In this document: piece after piece, positions 1 through 5,870 of the stretch
How the letters are laid out: the number at the start of each line of letters is the position of its first letter
How positions within the stretch are numbered: position 1 is the first letter of the stretch
Origin: a virus
Strand: one strand, 5' to 3'
DNA: 6,134 bases
Virus record (IMG/VR): IMGVR_UViG_3300020029_000035
Span: 1 to 6,134 of that record
The notes under the pieces: model-generated
Told to the model about the DNA's origin: nothing
Database searches by the model: none
Seen by the model: only the letters and a program-made list of their open reading frames with translations
Translations under genes and position numbers: made by a program

Positions 1-121
1 GTGTCCAAAACGCCTTCGACTTGTAAAATGGTTGTTTAGTGTCAGACATGATAGTAAGATTTAAAGAACGATAGAAAAATGCGCGGCCTCTCCAGCAGTC
101 GTTACCAATAACCTTCAGCAA
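1..121. repeat. Left copy of the terminal direct repeat (assembly overlap of a circular genome). It duplicates the 5' end of the lipobox ORF (1..49 = 6014..6062) and part of the upstream spacer.
   Basis: A base-by-base comparison by eye shows 1..121 identical to 6014..6134 (offset 6013). Confidence 0.93.
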
Positions 122-151
122 TTCACGAACTCTTGCCAAAGGGGTCCGCGC
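71..151 (-). terminator. Candidate GC-clamped stem-loop followed by a T-run on the coding strand. It could be an intrinsic-terminator-like element or an ssDNA structural element.
   Basis: 81..88 GCGCGGCC pairs with 143..151 GGTCCGCGC (T145 bulged). Pairing extends to 89..91/140..142 if one G-T pair is allowed. The enclosed loop is 48 nt (92..139), or 54 nt (89..142) counting only the GC core. On the coding strand the 3' arm is followed by ATTTTTC (A-run 75..79 in the window). It lies between the acidic ORF stop (183) and the lipobox ORF start (49 = 6062). Confidence 0.3.
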
Positions 152-182
152 ACGTAGCATATATCGTCAAGTAAAGAATGTA

Positions 183-479
183 CTATTTTTCTTCAGGATT
201 AGAAGATTTTGAAGCGGACTTCGATCTATCTATCTCTGAATCAATAAGTTCCTGTCCAACCTCGAGACCGTCAAACTTATCCATACGAGAGAATGAATTA
301 GGATCGAAATCTATTTCAGGGTTAAACTTTTCACCCCTGTCAAAATCAGAGGGCTCGACGATCACATCAGGGCGACCGGGGAGGACATCGACCGAGCCTG
401 ATCCATCAAGAACAGATAGAATACGCTGACCACGCGAAACATACGCGGGAGTGTCCTCGAGAAACCAATCAAGTGGCAT
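183..479 (-). CDS. Hypothetical acidic 98-aa protein directly downstream of VP1. It is possibly a scaffolding-type (VP3-like) protein.
   Basis: The ATG at 479 lies 12 nt after the VP1 stop, on the same strand as all core genes. By my count it has 22 D/E and 11 K/R, with repeated DFD/IDFD motifs. The opposite strand is also open here (178..429), so the coding call rests mainly on gene tiling. Confidence 0.5.
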   Translation of the reverse strand: MPLDWFLEDTPAYVSRGQRILSVLDGSGSVDVLPGRPDVIVEPSDFDRGEKFNPEIDFDPNSFSRMDKFDGLEVGQELIDSEIDRSKSASKSSNPEEK

Positions 480-491
480 AATATCAAAAAT

Positions 492-2291
492 TTAGCGATT
501 AGACAAACGGGTTGCGAAGGTTTTATTTATCAAATTCTTCTTCTGAACCGAATAAGACATATTCACAAAGAAGTTATCCTCTACGTTAGAGGCAAAGGGG
601 GAATTAACTTGCGCCATATCCACAAAGAGCGCAGGATAATAATTAGCGCTGGCGGAGCCTACATAGGAAAAACCAAGAGATCGCTGCTGCACCCAATACG
701 AGTAAAGGGGCTTAGGGGAACCTAACAGAGGAGCGGGATACGAAGACAAAGAGCCTAATACTTCATCATAAGACGAACGGAACTCGTTAAAACAAGGCTC
801 GTAGGCGACGGAAAGACCAAGATTCGAACCCGCAGCATTGCTGAAAAGCCGCGCGGCAGGAACATCCTGATAACCAATATCATTGTAAATAGGATTGAAA
901 TAATCCGAGCCTTGATAATTCAGGTAATCGGGTGTAACACCACTCCAAAAATAAACAGGGCGAATACTCAACATGTCGATCATGTAGCCGGGTTCACGGA
1001 AGTAATAAGACTGCCGACGGCCTAATCGATCATTGAAGGCAATAGCACCGCCTTGCTGGCCTAAAGGACCATTCACGCCCGAGCCCTCGAAATTGTTCTG
1101 GCCGGCCTGATTCATGACAATCTGCACATTAACAGTCTGCGAGGCGCTAAAGAGAAGCTTGGGGCGATCTACATGCTCAATTTTGGAAGCAAAAAAGGTT
1201 TCCAGCCAATCGCTATAGCGACTGCCGCCAGCGCCAAGGAGATCTTTATACTCCTGAAGGCGAGAAGCGATAGCCAACTGCGGGATCGTGCTTACGCCAG
1301 TCATAGAAACAGCAGATGCGGAGCCTACAGGAATGAGTCGACTAAATCGATCAGGATTCGACGGTACAACGGCCATAGGATGAGCAAACAAGAAAGCTGC
1401 CATACTGGTGACAGAAGCGCCGCCTGTTTCAATAGCGAACTGACTGGCAGGACCGCTTCCAGAAACAATATTAGCACCACTGGGTAGCGAGGTAGAAACG
1501 GGGTAACCGTTCTGATCACCACCTGTCGGAAGTTGGGAATCGATTATCTGAAAAAACAGGTTGCCTCTATTAAAAGTATTATTTGTACTCGAAACAGCTG
1601 ACGGGTAAAACTGACTCTCAAAATAGGCGTCGAGGAACTCTAGGTTAGAATACTCCTGCTTAAAATACGTAGATTCAGTGGCAAAAGAATAAGAGTCGTT
1701 GTGGATCGACCAGGAAGCAGGCCACGCGATCGAGAACAAAGACCACTGCGGAAAGCTATAATAATTTCGAACGATGTCCCAGTAAGCCAAATACGTATCA
1801 GCATTCGCCCACTGATTAACCGCAGCACCGGTAGGGAGGCTAGCAGTATAAGGAGGTTGGTTAGAAAGTTGTAGCGACGTCTTATTGGAAACACGAAGCC
1901 AAGACATAAGCGAATTAGGAAAGGCACGCGAAACGCCAAGAGCGGAATTAGGAGTAGTTGTACCTGAAGTACCAACAAGGGCGGTAATCCAATTCAAGCT
2001 CAAATCGTTCATGTCGAATTTACTACTATTCGTCCTCAACTCAGGATGATAGAGCTGAAGCGGCACCCAAAAACGATGAAGTCGAATAGTGTAGGGATTG
2101 AACGTTGGGACGGCAAGAGGGTTGCTTCGAACGTCGATGCCTTGCTCGATAGAAACACGATCACGAGCGTTAATAAAATCAATTCGCACCGGATATAAAA
2201 TACCCGGCGTACACGTAAAAGCCTTACTCTCAGGAACATCGTAGCGAGAGTAGCCATTTACAGCGTGAGAAATAAAAGGTTGTTTTCCCAT
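492..2291 (-). CDS. VP1: Major capsid protein VP1 (Microviridae F-like jelly-roll capsid protein), 599 aa.
   Basis: It is the longest ORF. The N-terminal region (ILYPVRIDFINARDRV...NPLAVPTFNPYTIRLHRFWVPLQLY) matches the conserved N-terminal strand pattern I recognise from microvirus capsid proteins. The size is typical of Alpavirinae-like VP1. It starts 3 nt after the Rep stop. Confidence 0.92.
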   Translation of the reverse strand: MGKQPFISHAVNGYSRYDVPESKAFTCTPGILYPVRIDFINARDRVSIEQGIDVRSNPLAVPTFNPYTIRLHRFWVPLQLYHPELRTNSSKFDMNDLSLNWITALVGTSGTTTPNSALGVSRAFPNSLMSWLRVSNKTSLQLSNQPPYTASLPTGAAVNQWANADTYLAYWDIVRNYYSFPQWSLFSIAWPASWSIHNDSYSFATESTYFKQEYSNLEFLDAYFESQFYPSAVSSTNNTFNRGNLFFQIIDSQLPTGGDQNGYPVSTSLPSGANIVSGSGPASQFAIETGGASVTSMAAFLFAHPMAVVPSNPDRFSRLIPVGSASAVSMTGVSTIPQLAIASRLQEYKDLLGAGGSRYSDWLETFFASKIEHVDRPKLLFSASQTVNVQIVMNQAGQNNFEGSGVNGPLGQQGGAIAFNDRLGRRQSYYFREPGYMIDMLSIRPVYFWSGVTPDYLNYQGSDYFNPIYNDIGYQDVPAARLFSNAAGSNLGLSVAYEPCFNEFRSSYDEVLGSLSSYPAPLLGSPKPLYSYWVQQRSLGFSYVGSASANYYPALFVDMAQVNSPFASNVEDNFFVNMSYSVQKKNLINKTFATRLSNR

Positions 2292-2294
2292 AAA

Positions 2295-3365
2295 TTAAAT
2301 ATTTAGTTGAAGTTTATAATGATCTCTCCAAAACTGAAGAATATCCTGATCTAACCAAGTAGGAGGGGCAAAATCAGGCATCCTCTGAGAGGACTCAGAG
2401 AAGCGCATCATCTGCTTTTGTTCCCACACATACGTCGCTCTACGGGATACGGCGGAATCGAGGCCAAACCGTTTAACGCACAAAGAAACAACACGCTTAA
2501 CCAGAGGAGACTTGCTAAAGCGTGCATAGCTATCAGCAGCGGTAATTGAGCGAGAAACTTCGTCTTCCGATTTAAGATACTTAAGATAATATCGAGGAAT
2601 CGCGTAATTATAATTGATACCCTTCGAAATATCAAAATAAGACCACGACGAAACACGGGCAGAAGGGCGAGGCATATAACCAAGAAAATCACCAACGCCA
2701 GCAGATACGAATTTTCGCGTATAACGGCGATGTTGGAGGAGGCGAGATAAAGGCGTAAGTTTTCCATTTACGGTAACGTATTTATCCGAAATTTCTTCGG
2801 GATTAAATTGAATTTGTTTAGTAACATATTTAACGCAATATCGGGCACGCTTATGGGTGGCTTTTGTCAACCAAACAAAGCCAAGACCTCGAACAGCAGA
2901 ACGAATTGTGTTGTAAAGAACGTTTGTGCCGAACAAAAAGCCATGAAAATGCAATCGAGGTTCATTTCCCATTTCAGGGTGAGTGCCGAACTCTTGGAAA
3001 AAGGCATGTTTAAACGAATGACCAAGTCTGTGTCGCAAACGCTCGTTAAAACGCCGGATGAAACGAGAAGGATCAAGCAGCGCCTCATTGTAATACTGTG
3101 GAGCAATAGTTATTGTGATAAAAATAGCCTGCTGACTATTAGCCTTACAACAAGCGAGCTCACGTTCAAGGCGAACGAACCAATCATTACGCTGACGACG
3201 CAAACAGTCTTCGCATTTTCCGCAAGGAACCATCAGCCACTGTCGCGCGATATCCCAGGGGCGGAGAGCTAAAGCAGACTTGGAAACGTCGGAACCATTA
3301 CGACAAGGGTTTTTCTTGTCAAAATAGCGACGGTTTCGTATCCATATGGGAGATGAGCAGGGCAT
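2295..3365 (-). CDS. VP4: Replication initiation protein VP4 (HUH superfamily rolling-circle endonuclease, phiX174 gpA-like), 356 aa.
   Basis: The N-terminus MPCSSPIWIRN is typical of microvirus VP4. A Cys cluster PCGKCEDC lies at 3204..3224. Motif I is FITITI. The HUH motif LHFHGFLF has HFH at 2943..2951 (CAT TTT CAT on the coding strand). The catalytic Tyr motif YCVKY lies at 2826..2840. Confidence 0.93.
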   Translation of the reverse strand: MPCSSPIWIRNRRYFDKKNPCRNGSDVSKSALALRPWDIARQWLMVPCGKCEDCLRRQRNDWFVRLERELACCKANSQQAIFITITIAPQYYNEALLDPSRFIRRFNERLRHRLGHSFKHAFFQEFGTHPEMGNEPRLHFHGFLFGTNVLYNTIRSAVRGLGFVWLTKATHKRARYCVKYVTKQIQFNPEEISDKYVTVNGKLTPLSRLLQHRRYTRKFVSAGVGDFLGYMPRPSARVSSWSYFDISKGINYNYAIPRYYLKYLKSEDEVSRSITAADSYARFSKSPLVKRVVSLCVKRFGLDSAVSRRATYVWEQKQMMRFSESSQRMPDFAPPTWLDQDILQFWRDHYKLQLNI

Positions 3366-3565
3366 TAGAACAAACTTTGGAGGTAATCGTATTTAGCATA
3401 AGGGTTATCACGGCGACAACGAGTAAGGTACTCGATCGCAGAAGTTTCGTCGGCGAACCAGGCGATAATAATTCGCTTCCTACGTCGATACACAGCAACA
3501 GAGTAACGAAGCGGGGAGCCATTAATAATAGGGGAAAACCTAGGCTGAAAATCGATATAATCCAT
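3365..3565 (-). CDS. Small basic hypothetical protein (66 aa from ATG 3565). The frame stays open upstream to ATG 3646 (93 aa) and TTG 3661 (98 aa).
   Basis: The stop TAA overlaps the Rep ATG as TAATG (3363..3367), which suggests translational coupling. The protein is Arg/Lys-rich (YRRRKR, CRRD). The start is ambiguous because the upstream extension runs through a GC-rich structured segment. Confidence 0.5.
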   Translation of the reverse strand: MDYIDFQPRFSPIINGSPLRYSVAVYRRRKRIIIAWFADETSAIEYLTRCRRDNPYAKYDYLQSLF

Positions 3566-3590
3566 GATTGAAAAGTTTAATTCATACAAC

Positions 3591-3690
3591 ACGAGCCTAA
3601 GCGGGCTGCGCTGTTTCGGGCCTCGATCTCGCGTCCGCGATATCATCGGCGCCGGAAACAATTACTCGCCGCGCTCTTAACGGCTCGAAA
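3591..3690. other. GC-rich structured segment in the spacer upstream of the small-ORF/Rep block. It is a candidate origin or other cis-acting ssDNA element.
   Basis: By hand count this 100-nt segment is about 61% G+C, against about 24% in the adjacent 3566..3590. An imperfect outer stem pairs 3592..3606 with 3668..3687 (6+4+2+3 bp with bulges). An inner hairpin pairs 3625..3632 with 3637..3644 around the tetraloop GTCC. Palindromes GATATC (3639..3644) and GGCGCC (3649..3654) are present. Confidence 0.35.
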
Positions 3691-3782
3691 ATATATAATA
3701 ACAAGAAAGCCACAGAGGAAAAGGATTCCCCTGAGGCTCAATAAGTTAAAGAACTCTTCCACCAAGCGGGCGGGTCACTACT

Positions 3783-4106
3783 CTAGTGCCCTTCCCCTTC
3801 TTCTTTCGACGTGCTTTCATTGTGGGCTAAATTAACACTGAACATAATAACGAGCGTATTATCGAAAAAATCGATCGAGAAATCAGGGTACGCAATCAGA
3901 GCCTCTACGAGCCTAGGAATAGAACTATGACTGATATAAGGCGAAGCGGAAATAGCGGAACACTCTACATAATCAGAAATGGGAGTGCAATCGAGGGAGT
4001 CGAGGCGAAGTGCCGAAAACTGGTCGTCTTTAATGTAACCTACCTGGACAAAGTCAACCTTAAGAGCCGGATTAACTCGTCGAATAACAACGTGGATCTG
4101 CGTCAT
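3783..4106 (-). CDS. Hypothetical protein, 107 aa, function unknown.
   Basis: The ATG at 4106 lies 11 nt (AT-rich) after the stop of the preceding ORF, on the same strand as the core genes. I recognise no motif. The C-terminal tail is acidic (SKEEGEGH). Confidence 0.5.
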   Translation of the reverse strand: MTQIHVVIRRVNPALKVDFVQVGYIKDDQFSALRLDSLDCTPISDYVECSAISASPYISHSSIPRLVEALIAYPDFSIDFFDNTLVIMFSVNLAHNESTSKEEGEGH

Positions 4107-4117
4107 AATAATATAAT

Positions 4118-4435
4118 TTAATAATCCGCTCGAAAATTAGAATAAAAACGCGCCCAATCGTCAGATTGCTTGAGCCAGAAGTTATAGCCCTCGGGAGTTG
4201 AAGCAAACGTAAAGGCGGAGGAGATAAGAGATTTTGGGCCGAGATTAGGATTGCGAAAAGCATATCGAATGTGGCCGCGTAAGCAATCTCGAAAGGTTCT
4301 CGTAGCCGTAGGAGTGTGGGTGTAATTCGCCTTAAAGGCGGTAAACACATTTCGGCGAACAAGCCACTCGATGAACGCATACTCAACGACATCGATTACC
4401 AGATTGTCGATTTCGGGTTGTTTTGTCTTTTTCAT
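4118..4435 (-). CDS. Hypothetical protein, 105 aa, function unknown. It is aromatic/Trp-rich with the motif TPEGYNFWLKQSDDW.
   Basis: The ATG at 4435 lies 26 nt downstream of a consensus Bacteroidota -7 box. The ORF tiles with its neighbours without overlap. I do not recognise the family. Confidence 0.55.
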   Translation of the reverse strand: MKKTKQPEIDNLVIDVVEYAFIEWLVRRNVFTAFKANYTHTPTATRTFRDCLRGHIRYAFRNPNLGPKSLISSAFTFASTPEGYNFWLKQSDDWARFYSNFRADY

Positions 4436-4461
4436 AATAATACGGTTATTGGTTTACAGCG

Positions 4462-4492
4462 CAAATATAATAACAAAAATCTAAAATGCAAA
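4462..4492 (-). promoter_or_regulatory. Bacteroidota-type promoter: -33 TTTG and -7 TAnnTTTG with a 19-nt spacer.
   Basis: On the coding strand this reads TTTG (window 4489..4492), then 19 nt, then TATATTTG (window 4462..4469). This matches the published Bacteroides consensus TTTG-N19-21-TAnnTTTG. My scan of the window for CAAAnnTA found only three -7 matches, and this is the only one with a correctly spaced -33 partner. It sits in an intergenic spacer. Confidence 0.6.
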
Positions 4493-4507
4493 AAAAAATC
4501 AGCAATT

Positions 4508-5869
4508 CTAACGAGATCTACGGGTAGTACCATATGTGCTCGAATGTCCACTGCGATTCATTTCCGTTTTCGCATAACCGACAACGTTTCCTCTCGAATC
4601 ATAACGAGTTGTCAATGAGGAACCTGCGGAACTACTGGAAGAGCCGCCAGCTGAAATGGTGGTAGCTGCGCGGGACATGCCTCCACGGATTATACCTGCA
4701 CCAGTAATACTAGCGGCCGCGCCAACTAAAGCTTTAGAAATTTCAACATACGGATCAACCTTCGCGTTGCGAAGAGCAATACGGGCCTGCTCAGGAAGGA
4801 AGTCAGATGCGTTCGCTTCGTTTATAATAGTTTTATCGTGAAAATCTTTAAGCGACATTGAAATTTTAAAAGTCTTAGGGCCGGGGTTTCCACGAGTAAT
4901 GGGATTTTTGCTTCTAAGATTTTCTGAATACTGAGGATTCGGAATTTCGATATCGAAACGCTTTTCCCAGTTACGTGTGAGCTCATTAGCAGTATCGAGA
5001 TTATTTAAACGCAAAGACTCTATGACTTCGCGGGCCTGCTCACCAAGAATTTGATTAAGAGCGGCCTGAGTATTCATCATGAAGGCTTGAGCCGACATGA
5101 CTGCGCCTAAATTTTCATTCTCGATATTCAAGCGGCGAACCTCCGCATCGACAAGAGCAGCTTGGCTCTTCTTCTCAGCAATAGAGCTCAAAAGAGTAGC
5201 ATCAGAGATAAAGAGAGCGTTCTTCTCGATACTCTCCTGCACTCTAAGGACGTCCGCAACAGCCAAATTATGCTTAGTAGCAGCCTGATCTAAAGCTACA
5301 CGAGTCTCAGCCATAAGAGTATACATCTGCTTGCCGACATTTTGATCATCAATTGATCGAGCTTGAGCGTTATCAAGATTAGCAGCAGCATCATTACGGC
5401 TTACCGTTGACTGCGCAACCATATTCTGTGCGATAGCAGTGGGATCACTGACAGGAGAAGCACCGGGACCAATAGAGGAAGCGCCTGAAGGGCCAGAAGC
5501 AGAGGGCATAGGAGCAGAACCACCCGACATTGTAGCGTTTACGCCAACACCGGAAGAGCCTAAAACGGCCGCGGGCGTTACACCAGCCTTTAGGTAACGA
5601 TCAAAAACCTTCGAAGGATCATTATAGGCATTCTCGTAATCGAATTGCCTCTGCCAATTAGCATAAGAGAGCTCTGACTGCTTTTGCATTTGCTCTAAAG
5701 CATATTGCTGCTGGAGCTTCATTTGCTTTTGCTGGTAACGCCATTGGCGACGAGCATTCATTCCTCCGAAAAGCTGACCAAGAGCACCGGAAATTAAACC
5801 AGTAGCGCCTGTGGAGGCGGCGGACTGACCGAGAGCTTGACCAAAAGAAGAGGCGATAGGGGCAGGCAT
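4508..5869 (-). CDS. VP2: VP2 minor capsid / DNA pilot protein (phiX174 gpH functional analogue), 453 aa.
   Basis: The N-terminus is Gly/Ala-rich and hydrophobic (GQALGQSAASTGATGLISGALGQLFGG). It is followed by the Q-rich segment RRQWRYQQKQMKLQQQYALEQMQKQ and YENAYNDP...RYLKAGVTPAAV. A long predicted helical or coiled central part and a Gly/Ser-rich tail follow. This is the architecture I recognise from microvirus VP2 proteins. Confidence 0.85.
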   Translation of the reverse strand: MPAPIASSFGQALGQSAASTGATGLISGALGQLFGGMNARRQWRYQQKQMKLQQQYALEQMQKQSELSYANWQRQFDYENAYNDPSKVFDRYLKAGVTPAAVLGSSGVGVNATMSGGSAPMPSASGPSGASSIGPGASPVSDPTAIAQNMVAQSTVSRNDAAANLDNAQARSIDDQNVGKQMYTLMAETRVALDQAATKHNLAVADVLRVQESIEKNALFISDATLLSSIAEKKSQAALVDAEVRRLNIENENLGAVMSAQAFMMNTQAALNQILGEQAREVIESLRLNNLDTANELTRNWEKRFDIEIPNPQYSENLRSKNPITRGNPGPKTFKISMSLKDFHDKTIINEANASDFLPEQARIALRNAKVDPYVEISKALVGAAASITGAGIIRGGMSRAATTISAGGSSSSSAGSSLTTRYDSRGNVVGYAKTEMNRSGHSSTYGTTRRSR

Positions 5870-5870
5870 A

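Noticed and set aside
272-279. Additional TAnnTTTG matches on the coding strand at 272..279 (TAAGTTTG) and 4204..4211 (TACGTTTG).
   Set aside because: Both lie inside ORFs and lack a TTTG -33 partner at 19-21 nt. They are expected by chance in a 6-kb AT-leaning sequence.
3319-3522. Minus-strand 67-aa ORF spanning the small-ORF/Rep junction in the +1 frame.
   Set aside because: It is short, in the +1-frame compositional class, and overlaps two better-supported ORFs. There is no independent signal.
3688-3695. A near-consensus -7 box TATATTTT on the coding strand in the spacer upstream of the small ORF/Rep.
   Set aside because: The final G of TAnnTTTG is missing, and there is no TTTG at the -33 position. 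I noted it only as a weak secondary promoter possibility.
3759-3776. A short hairpin just after the 107-aa ORF stop (CCGCC/GGUGG on the coding strand).
   Set aside because: It is only 5 bp including a G-U pair, with no adjacent T-run. That is too weak to call a terminator.
4072-4392. Minus-strand 106-aa ORF in the +1 frame of the 105-aa ORF, running over the start of the 107-aa ORF.
   Set aside because: It breaks the clean tiling (stop 4118, start 4106). It has no promoter-proximal start. It belongs to the same +1-frame, Leu/Pro/Ser-rich compositional class as the other nested ORFs.
4412-4435. A shared N-terminal TKQP motif and near-identical 11 nt (ACN AAA CAA CC) between the 105-aa ORF and the lipobox ORF (6042..6053).
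   Set aside because: Only four residues are shared, with no extended similarity downstream. This is most likely coincidence in an A-rich translation start context.
4455-4480. GCGCAAATATAATAAC resembles a XerC-arm-like half of a dif site (E. coli GGTGCGCATAA...). This matters because integrase-less microvirus prophages have been proposed to use host XerCD.
   Set aside because: Only a partial half-site resemblance is present. The expected second arm after a 6-nt spacer does not match. The same bases are already explained by the -7 promoter box. I cannot recall a reliable Bacteroidota dif consensus to test against.
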